Numbered from the stretch's first letter, positions 16,971-27,092 are shown. The stretch: 43,320 nt of DNA from an uncultured Syntrophaceae bacterium (GCA_964613745.1 CAZTJA010000014.1:1-43320); one strand, 5' to 3'. Notes: a model not told the origin generated them from the letters alone. Made by a program: numbers and translations.

Positions 16971-18020
16971 TTAGAAGATTACTCCGAGTTCCATGAAGCC
17001 GCCTTCGAGGGCGTGTTTCAGGAGGTAATCCTGCTGTGTTTTCTTCAATTCTACGTAGCGATAGCCGCCCTTAACGAAGCCCCATCGACCGTAGTTCATG
17101 GGGATGGAGTACTTGCAGCCTGCCTGTGCATCCACACCCTCCACATCATCTAGGAAGATCACACCGGCTTTGTAATCGCAGGAGAATGTGCCGCCATTCC
17201 AGGCCGTGCTCATGCACCTTTCGATTTCAAGACCCACTATGGCTGCATCCGTGCCCTTGCTCAGGGTTGATGCGCCCCATCCGCAAAAGCCGCATCCTAC
17301 TGTAATTTTGTCATCCGCATGTACCCAGTCGGTGAATATGCTGACGGCGGAGTTGCAGGTCCGAATCGCATCGTAGAGTACTCCTACTCTCTGATAGAGA
17401 TGCTGCCATTCGGAGTTGATGTTATTGGTGCCGCCAAAGAATTGGTTTCCAAAGTAGAATTGGTTCCAATTGTTCCAGTTCCATCCTCCGCCTTTTAGGT
17501 CAAGACCGAGAATGCTGTAGCGGATAGCCCACTGAGGCCGGAACTGATATTTGGCGGTAAATTGAGCCAAGACCTGGTGCGCAGGCAGTTGGAGGTCATC
17601 ATTAAAGTCGACCTCACGGTTGGCCCATCCTCCGGCCCACCAATTGTTGCGCGGCCACTGGACCGTTCCTCTGGTTCTGGCAAAGAATGCCTGAACGCTC
17701 ATTTCCCACTGGCCCGGAGCTGTTCTCGGAAGAATGCAGCCGGCCGGGAGCATTGCGGGAGCGCATGCCGGCAAAGCTTTTACCTTGCTAATTCCTACCG
17801 GCATTGGTGCACAAGGTAGAAATGCAGGTGCATAAGCTTGGCCGAATTTTGAAGTTTTGATTTTTTGGGTTGCCTGCACAGGAGTGGCCCCCGCCTGACC
17901 TGGTTTCAGTAGGACCTCTAAGGACTCATCAGGTCCTGCGGCCCATACGGCGGTGGCGAGAACTGTTGACAGGAAAACAACTAGACATACCAACGGCGTA
18001 GAAGGTATTCTTCTCAACAT
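16971..18020 (-). CDS. Putative outer-membrane beta-barrel protein (signal peptide, Trp/Gly/Tyr-rich, C-terminal Phe)
   Basis: N-terminal signal peptide (MLRRIPSTPLVCLVVFLSTVLATAVWA). Alternating amphipathic stretches. Terminal residues VIF are typical of OMP C-termini. Unusual repeated LPxCAP motifs and a GCGFCGWG segment. Confidence 0.5.
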   Translation of the reverse strand: MLRRIPSTPLVCLVVFLSTVLATAVWAAGPDESLEVLLKPGQAGATPVQATQKIKTSKFGQAYAPAFLPCAPMPVGISKVKALPACAPAMLPAGCILPRTAPGQWEMSVQAFFARTRGTVQWPRNNWWAGGWANREVDFNDDLQLPAHQVLAQFTAKYQFRPQWAIRYSILGLDLKGGGWNWNNWNQFYFGNQFFGGTNNINSEWQHLYQRVGVLYDAIRTCNSAVSIFTDWVHADDKITVGCGFCGWGASTLSKGTDAAIVGLEIERCMSTAWNGGTFSCDYKAGVIFLDDVEGVDAQAGCKYSIPMNYGRWGFVKGGYRYVELKKTQQDYLLKHALEGGFMELGVIF

Positions 18021-18401
18021 ACCCTTCCTCCCAACTCGAAATGTTGGATATTGCTTTAATGATACGGCGTTTTTATGTCAAGAAAAAAATAAGGATAATT
18101 CTAGTTAGTTGTCAAAATTTGCGAGAAACTGGTGGATGCCGTGATGTAACATCTTGTTTTTATTCAGTCTGAGCTGGTACGCGTACCGCTGAGAAACACC
18201 AAGAAATTGATCCTCTTCGTGTATAAGTTTGCGGATTGAGTATAATAACTTAGGTTAACTATCTGTTATTTAGATGGTTTATGGCTAACCAGCCCGCCGC
18301 TTATGGCCCCTTGACTCTTAGTTATGATTGCGTTAACCCTGACCTCGAAAATAGAATTACTCAGTATTTCAGCGTAGAAGCTGGTACCGCTTGAGGAAAG
18401 A

Positions 18402-19883
18402 ATGTTGAAGGATAATTACAAACAACTTGCGCGAGCTAATCGAATCGTGAATAGCCGATTCTCAATCATATTTTCGGCGATGATGGTCTTGTGGTCGATT
18501 CAACCTAGTTTTTCTGCAGGAATAAATTCGGCGCAGCTCGATCAAATAATAAAGAGTGAGCTTCCTACCGGTTTTGAAGTCACCATGCAGATGATAGATC
18601 TCCAGACGGGGAAGGTGATAGCAGAGAGAAACCCTGATCTTCCCCTTGTTCCGGCCAGTACGATGAAAGTGGTTACGAGTGCTGCCGCACTAAGCACGCT
18701 GGGACCGGAATTTACGTTTCCCACCCACATCTATGCCGATGACCAGAGGGGAGGCTCGGTCGGTAACTTGTATATTAGGGGATTTGGGGATCCATATCTT
18801 GTAAATGAAGAACTGTTTGCATTGGCTAGAAATCTGAAGGACAGGGGACTTACCGAGATCCGAGGGAAAATAATTGTTGACGATTCCTACTTTCAACCTG
18901 AAAAACCGCTGGATGAAAACGAAAAACTTGGGCCTCGCTCTTACCATGCGCCTTATGGGGCACTCTCTTTAAATTTTAATTCCGTAAAGTTCATGATCAA
19001 ACCGGGTCAGTCCGCAGGAAAACACGCTGAAATTTTCGTGGATCCACCTTCAGAACACGTGAATGTAAAATCGTCCGTGAAGACGGTGAACGGAGCTAAA
19101 CCGGCTCATCTCGAAATCACAAAATCTCAGGTTGAAAATGGTAGGGAAACCATTTTTGCCGAAGGTACGATTGGTGTTGATGCTCCTGTAAAAGGTCGTT
19201 ACGTTAATGTTTCCGAACCCGCTTTGTATACGGGATACGTGCTAAAGGAATTTTTGCTTAGAGAGGGCATACAGTTGGGGGGACGAGTTTCTAAGGGTAA
19301 GATTCCGGAAAATGCAAAGCCGTTCATGGAATTCAATTCTCGTCCACTCGCCGTAATCATTTACGGGCTGAATAAATACAGCAATAATTTCATGGCGGAA
19401 CAAATCAGTCTTGCAATGGGAGCGCAGGTGTATGGGCCTCCGGGAACCCGAGATAAGGGCTTGTCCGTTATGAGGAGTTTTCTGCAGTCGCTGGGGGTCA
19501 AAGATTCACAATTTGAATTAAAGGAGGCCAGCGGCTTATCGCGCGGTAATAGAATCAGCTCTTCCGCTTTGGTCAAGGTGCTGCTTAATGCTTCGAGGGA
19601 TTTCGGTTATAATGCAGAGTTTATGGCCTCATTTGGAATTTCCGGAATAGACGGCACAATGAAGGAAAAGTTTACTGATCCCGAAACAAGGCGTAGGTTG
19701 AGGGCAAAAACGGGAACATTGAAAGGAGTTAATGCATTAGCGGGATACGGAGTTTTTCCGGATTCCAAGGCTTTCGCTTTTGCGGTAATAGTCAACTCTC
19801 AAAAAGAGGGAACCGGAATCATTAACTATGGGGATCGAATCATGAGAGCGGTGATGGAACTTCCCGTAATCAAGAACAAATAG
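18402..19883 (+). CDS. dacB: D-alanyl-D-alanine carboxypeptidase/endopeptidase, PBP4 family (peptidase S13)
   Basis: Signal peptide. SxxK motif (ASTMKVVTS), SNN motif (KYSNNFMAE) and KTG motif (KTGTL) in PBP4-like order and spacing. Confidence 0.8.
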   Translation: MLKDNYKQLARANRIVNSRFSIIFSAMMVLWSIQPSFSAGINSAQLDQIIKSELPTGFEVTMQMIDLQTGKVIAERNPDLPLVPASTMKVVTSAAALSTLGPEFTFPTHIYADDQRGGSVGNLYIRGFGDPYLVNEELFALARNLKDRGLTEIRGKIIVDDSYFQPEKPLDENEKLGPRSYHAPYGALSLNFNSVKFMIKPGQSAGKHAEIFVDPPSEHVNVKSSVKTVNGAKPAHLEITKSQVENGRETIFAEGTIGVDAPVKGRYVNVSEPALYTGYVLKEFLLREGIQLGGRVSKGKIPENAKPFMEFNSRPLAVIIYGLNKYSNNFMAEQISLAMGAQVYGPPGTRDKGLSVMRSFLQSLGVKDSQFELKEASGLSRGNRISSSALVKVLLNASRDFGYNAEFMASFGISGIDGTMKEKFTDPETRRRLRAKTGTLKGVNALAGYGVFPDSKAFAFAVIVNSQKEGTGIINYGDRIMRAVMELPVIKNK

Positions 19884-19943
19884 AGTTTGCGACGGTCCAA
19901 ATTGGGAATTATAACTAAAATTTTGGATTTACATAAGGTGACA

Positions 19944-20078
19944 ATGATGACAAATTTTGAACCCATTTTTTTTGCTGTTTTACTCGGATTCGCAATGGTA
20001 ATAGTCAGTATATTGCTTGGTCCTTCTTTCTTTAGTGCTTACCAGAACTGGAAAATTCAGCGAGGGGCGAGGAAGTAG
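19944..20078 (+). CDS. Small hydrophobic membrane peptide (about 44 aa)
   Basis: RBS AAGGTGA 3-6 nt upstream of tandem ATGs. One predicted TM helix (IFFAVLLGFAMVIVSILLG). Confidence 0.35.
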   Translation: MMTNFEPIFFAVLLGFAMVIVSILLGPSFFSAYQNWKIQRGARK

Positions 20079-20146
20079 TCTCATCTTGAAAAAATGAATG
20101 ACTAGCCTCTGATACATGTTATAATCAAAAGCTGTCCCCTGTTTAT

Positions 20147-20231
20147 GCGAGAGTGGCGGAATTGGCAGACGCACTGGACTTAGGATCCAGCGGGGCGACC
20201 CATGGGGGTTCGAGTCCCCCCTCTCGCACCA
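20147..20231 (+). tRNA. tRNA-Leu (anticodon UAG), type II with a long variable arm, genomically encoded CCA
   Basis: Acceptor stem GCGAGAG/CTCTCGC. Anticodon stem CTGGA/TCCAG with loop CTTAGGA (anticodon TAG). Long variable arm. T-arm GGTTCGAGTCC. 3' ACCA. Confidence 0.85.
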
Positions 20232-20420
20232 TCTTTCCTGATTCTTTTTCCCCGGTGTGAGTTAGTCGTTTTCCGAAATCTAAGTTCCCTAGAATAGGGA
20301 TCGGTACTCACTGATCCATTCAGCGGACAGCCGCAATTAAGATTCAATTTGCCATAATTAAAGTAATGCTTTAAATTAAGAACGTTAATTCAGAAGGTTC
20401 AAATCTGAAAGGATGTATAG

Positions 20421-20720
20421 ATGAGAAGGTTTCTTCAAATCGGGATTTTAACCGTGTGCGCATGTGCCGTTTTCGTTATATCGGCTTCGGCTCAGCAATA
20501 TGGGTATTATTATTATCCGCCGGTTGCCGTGCCGCCCAATTGGAACCCTTATGGTTATCAATATGGTCCGCAACCGGTTTTAAAGTATAGACTGGCACCG
20601 GATCCGCGTACAATTCGAAAATGGGACTCCGAAAACAGGATGTTGGATTACGAAGCTCTCATGCGCGGCCCGCTTAATCCCGAGGGATCAGTTGATTACA
20701 TGTTGAGAAATTTTCAATGA
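20421..20720 (+). CDS. Small secreted Tyr/Pro-rich hypothetical protein
   Basis: Signal peptide (MRRFLQIGILTVCACAVFVISASA) followed by QQYGYYYYPPVAVPPNWNPYGYQYGPQPV. RBS AAGGA upstream. Confidence 0.4.
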   Translation: MRRFLQIGILTVCACAVFVISASAQQYGYYYYPPVAVPPNWNPYGYQYGPQPVLKYRLAPDPRTIRKWDSENRMLDYEALMRGPLNPEGSVDYMLRNFQ

Positions 20721-20742
20721 ACGAATACATGATGAGTTCGGC

Positions 20743-21099
20743 TCATGACTTCACATGAGAAGGCTGATTTCCCAACGTGCTTGAGATTGCATCATCGGTG
20801 CTGTCGAAAATCTCAAATACTCGATGTAACCTGGTAAGTTCGAAGAGCGTTTTAGCCTGAGGAGACGGATTGGCAATCTTCATGTCTCCTCCTTCTTTGA
20901 TCAAAGATCTCAGTGACGCCACCAATGCACCGCAACCGGAGCTATCAATAAATCGTGTTTTCTTAAGGTCTATAACAAGCTTATTCTTACCCTTAGCTAT
21001 CATATCTTTGATTAGATCTCGGAAATCGGAGGCGATATTGGCATCAAGCCGTTCATTCGTCGCGATTACTACAACGCCGTCTTTTTCTTCTACTTGCAT
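20743..21099 (-). CDS. STAS-domain anti-sigma-factor antagonist (SpoIIAA-like)
   Basis: 118 aa. Typical STAS layout with a conserved Ser in the DSSGCGAL region. Confidence 0.75.
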   Translation of the reverse strand: MQVEEKDGVVVIATNERLDANIASDFRDLIKDMIAKGKNKLVIDLKKTRFIDSSGCGALVASLRSLIKEGGDMKIANPSPQAKTLFELTRLHRVFEIFDSTDDAISSTLGNQPSHVKS

Positions 21100-21229
21100 G
21101 TGATTCCTCGATATTGCAGAGCTTTGTTCAGGAAGAACAACTCCGATGTGAATCTGCCAAACAGAGGTTATACAAATCTTTAGATTTCTTCAACGACTTT
21201 AAATGTTCGAAATAAGTTGAGAGTTTTCT

Positions 21230-22675
21230 TTATCCGGTGAGTAAACGCCATAGAGCCTTTGAAAGGATGACAAAATCTTGACGTAAATTTCGTGTGGCAA
21301 CATATTGGTTTTCAGCCATAATCTTTTCGTGCTCCGACGCATTATTCAGACCTAATGCATCCACCGGGGTGAATAATCCTGCGGGTGCTCCGAATCGTTC
21401 TCTCGTCCATTCTTCGGTGAAATGACTGGTATTTGCGTGAGACAATCTTCGCACCCCAACCAGTCTCAACCTTCCCGAGACAACATCGAATAGACCCGCA
21501 AGTCGAGATACAAAAGGACCTGAACTATCGAAGACACGAAATTCGCCACTTTCAAGCCCTGCCGGGCAAGAGGAGCTGACTTCCAAGTCACAGACGAGCA
21601 ACTCCTGCTTATCAAGAGACTTCTTGCCCTTCAATTTTCTTATCAGCATCTTCGTTACCCAAACAGGGAAAGTCAGGAGCAACAAAAAGCCTGCAATTAT
21701 TCTATCTACAAAGGAGATAATTTTCGCACCAAAAAAACCATCTTTGAGTTCCGCCAAGATAACGGGATCAATGACGGTGACCCAAGTTCCGATCCCAATA
21801 TTGTACACGTGGTTGCCCGCGGCTATTGAATTCTCGAGGTTAGTATCAACCCCAATGTAGGTCTTGCTGAAGACGACAGCAGATTTAATGAGGGCTCCTT
21901 GATCGATCACGACTCCGTCATTAATAACCGATCCCGATAGGATTCTTGACCCGCTATTCAACTGGACGTAATTTCCGACGTACACGGGATTCTCAATGGC
22001 CACATTAGGGCCTATATACGTATGATGACCACAAAATGATCCTTCTTCCGTTAATTCTTTGATGTTCCCCCATTGCTGTAACTTTCCCGAGATCGCGAGC
22101 GTATTTAAGTAATAGAGTTTTTCCGGCGAATCGACCAGAAGCCAATCTGTGTCATAGTAGAGTTGATTGACAGATTTGTTGGAATTTTCATCAATTTTGA
22201 GACAAAGAATTCCGGCAGATTTTGGCTCTATCTGAGCATTACTTTGCTGGGGCAAATGCTTTGAATCAGGGAAAACCACTTCGAGATCGGTTTTCATCTG
22301 TTCTAGTTGCAGTTTCTTGATAATAGCCTTCCAATCAATATCGCTGCACAGCTCACATGGAAATATCACTACCTGAGAACCGATCGGAAATATGCTTTTG
22401 GCGAGGTCTATGGGAGAAGGAACGTCCTGAAACACGTATGTCGAAATTTCTATTCCCCATCTTGAGCCGTTGCCTAGAAAGATTTGTGCACTGACCGGAT
22501 GTTCAAGCAAAGCTATGTGAATCTTAGGAATTCCGGAAGATACAAGTCGCTCAATTTGTTTTTCAATAATGGGTTTTCCTAGAGCAGACAACATGCAGAC
22601 TGGTTTGTGACGCGTAAGCGGCAGAAATTGGTCCCCGAGTTGAAAGCACGTCATTAAAATTTGAATATCATCCAT
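21230..22675 (-). CDS. Tri-domain fusion: sugar-phosphate nucleotidyltransferase, left-handed beta-helix, and a C-terminal bacterial sugar transferase (undecaprenyl-phosphate sugar phosphotransferase-like) domain
   Basis: N-terminal NTP-transferase-like region. Hexapeptide repeats (IGPNVAIENPVYVGNYVQL...). A TM helix, then C-terminal SGRLRLVGVRRL, typical of the PF02397 sugar transferase core. Confidence 0.65.
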   Translation of the reverse strand: MDDIQILMTCFQLGDQFLPLTRHKPVCMLSALGKPIIEKQIERLVSSGIPKIHIALLEHPVSAQIFLGNGSRWGIEISTYVFQDVPSPIDLAKSIFPIGSQVVIFPCELCSDIDWKAIIKKLQLEQMKTDLEVVFPDSKHLPQQSNAQIEPKSAGILCLKIDENSNKSVNQLYYDTDWLLVDSPEKLYYLNTLAISGKLQQWGNIKELTEEGSFCGHHTYIGPNVAIENPVYVGNYVQLNSGSRILSGSVINDGVVIDQGALIKSAVVFSKTYIGVDTNLENSIAAGNHVYNIGIGTWVTVIDPVILAELKDGFFGAKIISFVDRIIAGFLLLLTFPVWVTKMLIRKLKGKKSLDKQELLVCDLEVSSSCPAGLESGEFRVFDSSGPFVSRLAGLFDVVSGRLRLVGVRRLSHANTSHFTEEWTRERFGAPAGLFTPVDALGLNNASEHEKIMAENQYVATRNLRQDFVILSKALWRLLTG

Positions 22676-23097
22676 TTACTTCAGTATTCCTCGTGCAACC
22701 ATTTCGAAGAACTTGGCTCTCATATTGTGGAAATAAACATAGCAAGACGATCACGGAAATTATACAACATCTGCCCGCAATGCGGCGATATTTTCCCGTT
22801 GGTTTCTTGTTAATGGTTTACCAAAATTAATTGAGAGACAAAGATGTGAATATTATCCGAATCATATATAATGTGAACAATTGATAGTGTTTCGATTCTT
22901 ATGAAGAATGCGATGTGTCAATTGACTGTCGGTTCATTTAGCGGTTTGCAATTTGTCGGTACATTGTGCTCCTGCAAACCCGAAGTAGCTTAAGAAAAGT
23001 TCGTATTGTTAAATCATAATTCATATTGTCGCTAAACTTGTCGATGAAATTGGGTGATCTCAATTGTTGGAAATAATTGCTACAAGTGGGGTAATTA

Positions 23098-24219
23098 ATG
23101 TCGATCGCATTGGTCACGGGATCTGCCGGCTTAATTGGTAGCGAAGCTGTTCAACTCTTCGCGTCCAAGGGAATGGACGTTGTCGGAATTGATAATGATA
23201 TGCGAAAAGTGTTCTTCGGAAATGAAGCAAGCACTTCATGGAGGCGTAAATGGCTCGAAAAGAGCATTTCAAGCTATCGGCATTTCAGTATGGATATTCG
23301 AGATGCCGGTTCGCTCGAGACAATCTTCAAGAAATTGAAAAAAGATATTGGGCTCATCATCCACACGGCGGCTCAACCGTCCCATGATTGGGCGGCCAAA
23401 GATCCAATGACGGATTTTACCGTTAATGCAAACGGCACACTCAATCTGTTGGAAATGACGCGACGTTACTGCCCGGATGCCGTTTTCATCTTCACCAGCA
23501 CAAACAAGGTTTACGGGGACGCTCCCAATCGATTACCTCTTAGGGAGTTGGATTCCAGATGGGAAATTGACGAAACTCATCGTTATGGTCCTTTTGGTAT
23601 TGACGAATCCATGAGTATAGATTGTTCCCTGCATAGCTTGTTTGGTGCATCGAAAGTCGCTGCCGATGTTCTCGTCCAGGAATACGGCCGGTATTTTGGA
23701 ATGAAAACCGTTTGCTTCAGGGGAGGATGCCTTACCGGTCCAAGCCATTCGGGGTCTCAGTTGCATGGATTCCTCGCGTATTTGGCCAAATGCGCCATAA
23801 CGGAAGAAATGTATACCGTTTTTGGGTACAAGGGAAAGCAGGTTCGCGATAATATTCATGCGTATGATCTCGTCAATTGCTTTTGGCATTTTTTTCAGGC
23901 CCCGCGGTCCGGAGAGGTTTACAATATCGGCGGTGGAAGATTCTCAAATTGTTCCATGCTGGAAGCCATTGAAATTTGCCAAGATATTTTGGGTCGAGAA
24001 ATGCGTTGGACCTACACGGATCAGAATCGAACCGGGGATCACAAATGGTGGATAGGCGATATCCGAAAATTTCAGTCTCACTATCCCGATTGGCACATAA
24101 CATACGACGTGTATGGAATTTTGTATGAGATTATTCATTCGTTGAAAGAACGGATCAAGGTTGAACCCGAATCCAGCAGGAGTTATAAGTGGAACGGAGA
24201 CCGCATCCACATCTCCTAA
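23098..24219 (+). CDS. NAD-dependent epimerase/dehydratase (SDR, CDP-paratose 2-epimerase-like)
   Basis: N-terminal GxxGxxG ([10 protein letters not shown]). Catalytic YxxxK (YGASK). Overall similarity to the RfbE/CDP-tyvelose epimerase family. Confidence 0.8.
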   Translation: MSIALVTGSAGLIGSEAVQLFASKGMDVVGIDNDMRKVFFGNEASTSWRRKWLEKSISSYRHFSMDIRDAGSLETIFKKLKKDIGLIIHTAAQPSHDWAAKDPMTDFTVNANGTLNLLEMTRRYCPDAVFIFTSTNKVYGDAPNRLPLRELDSRWEIDETHRYGPFGIDESMSIDCSLHSLFGASKVAADVLVQEYGRYFGMKTVCFRGGCLTGPSHSGSQLHGFLAYLAKCAITEEMYTVFGYKGKQVRDNIHAYDLVNCFWHFFQAPRSGEVYNIGGGRFSNCSMLEAIEICQDILGREMRWTYTDQNRTGDHKWWIGDIRKFQSHYPDWHITYDVYGILYEIIHSLKERIKVEPESSRSYKWNGDRIHIS

Positions 24220-25254
24220 ATGACAAGAATAGGTTCAACATTGATGTCGTTTTTCAATTTACCCACCGGTGATAACGATGACCTGACGGATGTGCCCGGC
24301 ATTCGGGTTGGTCATGCTCAAGATGTCGAATCAGGGACCGGAGTAACGGTAATTCTTTTTCCTGAAAGAGGAGCTATAGCAGGGTGCAGAATAGGTGGCA
24401 GCGCTCCTTCCACAAGACAAATGGATTCTCTTGATCCGGTTCACATTGTGGATCGGATCCATGCGATATGCCTGAGCGGTGGTAGTGCTTTCGGTTTGGA
24501 TGCTGCGGGGGGCGTGTTAGCCTTTTTGGCCGAAAACGGAGTCGGGTTCAGGGTGGGAGACCAGATTGTTCCGATAGTTCCCAGCGCAGTTATATTTGAT
24601 CTCAACTTCAAAAATTCCGGAGTAAAACCTGATTCGGTAATGGGGCGTGCGGCGTGTCTTGCCGCAGACCTGGTTCCTATGCCCCAAGGCAGCGTTGGTG
24701 CGGGTACGGGTGCCACAGTGGGTAAATTGTACGGAATGGCTCAGGCCATGAAAGGCGGTTTGGGAAGCGCTTCGGTAATTTCGGATCGACTGGTGGTGGC
24801 CGCACTGGTTGTTGTCAATGCATACGGAGATATTCTTGATCGGGATGGTTCCATTCTGGCAGGCGCCCGCACAGCTCCGGATTCCTTCGAATTTGCAGAT
24901 TCGACTGCAATGCTGGTGACCGGAAAAGCGCGATCAAGATCTCTTCCAGTTGAAAACACCACTTTGGCAATTGTGGCTACAAATGCACGCTGTGATCAGA
25001 CCATGTGTACGAGAATAGCCGGGCAATCAACTTTGGGACTGGGGCATGTAATCAGACCTTTTCACAGCCATATTGATGGTGATCTGACTATCGTGCTGAG
25101 TTTAGGAGATGTTGAAGCAGACCCAAATCGTGTTTCCCTGATGGCGGCATCTGTTCTCGGTAGAGCTGTTAGAAAGGCAATCAGAAAAGCCGATGGTTTT
25201 GAGACGGTTCCTGCATGGCGTGACATTGCGGATCCCGTCCCTTTCAACTCTTAA
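24220..25254 (+). CDS. P1/S58 family peptidase (DmpA / L-aminopeptidase-like)
   Basis: DmpA-type motifs (GIRVGHAQD, GTGVTVILFPE, LSGGSAFGLDAA). Start overlaps the upstream stop. Confidence 0.75.
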   Translation: MTRIGSTLMSFFNLPTGDNDDLTDVPGIRVGHAQDVESGTGVTVILFPERGAIAGCRIGGSAPSTRQMDSLDPVHIVDRIHAICLSGGSAFGLDAAGGVLAFLAENGVGFRVGDQIVPIVPSAVIFDLNFKNSGVKPDSVMGRAACLAADLVPMPQGSVGAGTGATVGKLYGMAQAMKGGLGSASVISDRLVVAALVVVNAYGDILDRDGSILAGARTAPDSFEFADSTAMLVTGKARSRSLPVENTTLAIVATNARCDQTMCTRIAGQSTLGLGHVIRPFHSHIDGDLTIVLSLGDVEADPNRVSLMAASVLGRAVRKAIRKADGFETVPAWRDIADPVPFNS

Positions 25255-25414
25255 TCTATCAGTCGTTCTTTTCCAATGTAGCCGGCAAAGCGGATTCTGA
25301 AGAATTTTGTCCTTTATCATTCTGCTCGAAAATGATACACTTACCATGTTTTTCTGCTCTTCTAAGCCCCAATCGAAAACACAATAATAGAATGGTTTAG
25401 AGGGAGGGATTTTC

Positions 25415-27091
25415 ATGTCCAAGGCACGCATACTGGTTGTTGAGGATGAGGGAATTATTGCCGAAGATATCCAGATGAGTTTGCAAGACTTTGGGTATGA
25501 AGTTCTGTCTGTCGTGACAACTGGAGAAGAATCTATACGTAGGGCAGGTGAAGGTAGGCCTGACTTGGTTCTGATGGATGTCGTGCTCAGCGGCGATATG
25601 GATGGTATTGAGGCAGCTACTCGAATACATCATCAATTCAACATACCTATAGTGTATCTCACCGCTTATGCAGACGACAAAATGCTCGAGCGGGCAAAAA
25701 TTACGGAACCCTTCGGCTATTTGCTGAAACCCTTCAGAGATAGAGAATTGCATTCCACAATTGAAATGGCTCTCTTTAAGAGCAAATTGGAAAGTCAGCT
25801 GTTGGAAAGCAGGCAGTGGCTCGGTGTTACGCTGAACAATGTTTCAGACGGCATTATAGCAACTGACGAAAGAGGGCTGATCAAATTAATGAATCCGGTC
25901 GCGGAAAAAATTACGGGTCGATTTGGCCGCGAAGTGCTGGATAAACATCTGGTGGAAGAATTTTGTATTGTCGCAAGTGACGACGGCTGTTCTTTCAAAG
26001 ATCTCGTGGATCGCATGATCGCCGGTAACGGATTGAATGGGAATGCTAGTCAGGAGCTAATCCTCATCACTCCTTCAGGGCAGCGCATTCTTATAGAACT
26101 TGACGCCTCGAGAATTCACGACAAATCAGGTCGAATAGAGGGAATGGTTATTTGTTTCAGGGATATCACTGAGCGAAAGAATGCAGAGGAACATTTAAAG
26201 CTTCTCTCCGAGGCAATCACTCAGATTTCAGAAGGCATTGTGGTCACCGGTTTGGACGGTAAAACCATTTTCAGTAATAATGCATATGCGGAGATGCACG
26301 GATATGCCGCCGAAGAGCTTATTGGTGAGCACTTTACCCTTTTTCACAAATTGGAAGATCATTCGTTTGTTGTTTCTCTTTGGAGCCGACTGTTATCGGA
26401 AGGCCAATTATCGGGGGAAATAGACCACGTACGAAAGGACGGCAGCACATTTCCAGGATTGACTCACAACACGGTATTTCGGATACAGGATGGTACGCCT
26501 ATCGGAGTCATAGGGACATTGCGTGATATTACCGACTTAAAAGACAGTCAGGAAGAACTTAGGAAAAGTCACGAAGCATTGGCTTTGTATTCTTCTTCAC
26601 TGGAACAGAAAGTTGAAGAGAGAACACGAGATTTGGAAGCGTCGAGAGCTAAGCTGAAGAAATACTCTGAAAGCCTGGAAAAGACCAATGAAGCTTTAAA
26701 AATAATAATCGAGGGAATAGAGGAACAAAAAAAAGATGTGGAGATGAAGATCTCACATAATCTGAATCTCACGGTGAGGCCGATCCTGGACCAGCTGTTG
26801 TCGCAAGACGTGAGCGAAACGGTTCAATTTCTAATTAATTCTCTAGACTATAATCTTACAAATATGTTCTCATCTTTTGGTTTCAAAATGGTGAAAAACA
26901 GCCACTTGTTGACTCCTCGTGAAATCCGGATTTGTGAAATGGTTCGATCCGGATTGTCGTCAAAGCAAATGGCTAAGGTCATGGGGATTTCTCCCCAGAC
27001 CGTTTTAGTTCACAGAAAAAATATTAGAAAGAAACTCAGCTTGGGTCGATCAGGGCAAAATCTGGCTTCGTATCTGAAGACGAATTTATGA
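25415..27091 (+). CDS. Response regulator with REC, two PAS domains, a coiled coil, and a LuxR-type HTH
   Basis: REC with the phospho-acceptor in LVLMDVVL. PAS-like regions. C-terminal LuxR HTH (LTPREIRICEMVRSGLSSKQMAKVMGISPQTVLVHRKNIRKKL). Confidence 0.8.
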   Translation: MSKARILVVEDEGIIAEDIQMSLQDFGYEVLSVVTTGEESIRRAGEGRPDLVLMDVVLSGDMDGIEAATRIHHQFNIPIVYLTAYADDKMLERAKITEPFGYLLKPFRDRELHSTIEMALFKSKLESQLLESRQWLGVTLNNVSDGIIATDERGLIKLMNPVAEKITGRFGREVLDKHLVEEFCIVASDDGCSFKDLVDRMIAGNGLNGNASQELILITPSGQRILIELDASRIHDKSGRIEGMVICFRDITERKNAEEHLKLLSEAITQISEGIVVTGLDGKTIFSNNAYAEMHGYAAEELIGEHFTLFHKLEDHSFVVSLWSRLLSEGQLSGEIDHVRKDGSTFPGLTHNTVFRIQDGTPIGVIGTLRDITDLKDSQEELRKSHEALALYSSSLEQKVEERTRDLEASRAKLKKYSESLEKTNEALKIIIEGIEEQKKDVEMKISHNLNLTVRPILDQLLSQDVSETVQFLINSLDYNLTNMFSSFGFKMVKNSHLLTPREIRICEMVRSGLSSKQMAKVMGISPQTVLVHRKNIRKKLSLGRSGQNLASYLKTNL

Positions 27092-27092
27092 T

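Noticed and set aside
20232-20420. Genomic island inserted at tRNA-Leu
   Set aside because: No integrase, no obvious direct repeat of the tRNA 3' end, and the downstream genes are ordinary. Kept only as a low-interest note.
23135-24210. Small ORFs overlapping the epimerase gene on both strands (23135..23338, 23533..23889, 23822..24055, 23873..24103, 23944..24210)
   Set aside because: Alternative-frame noise. The SDR epimerase frame carries the cofactor-binding and catalytic motifs.
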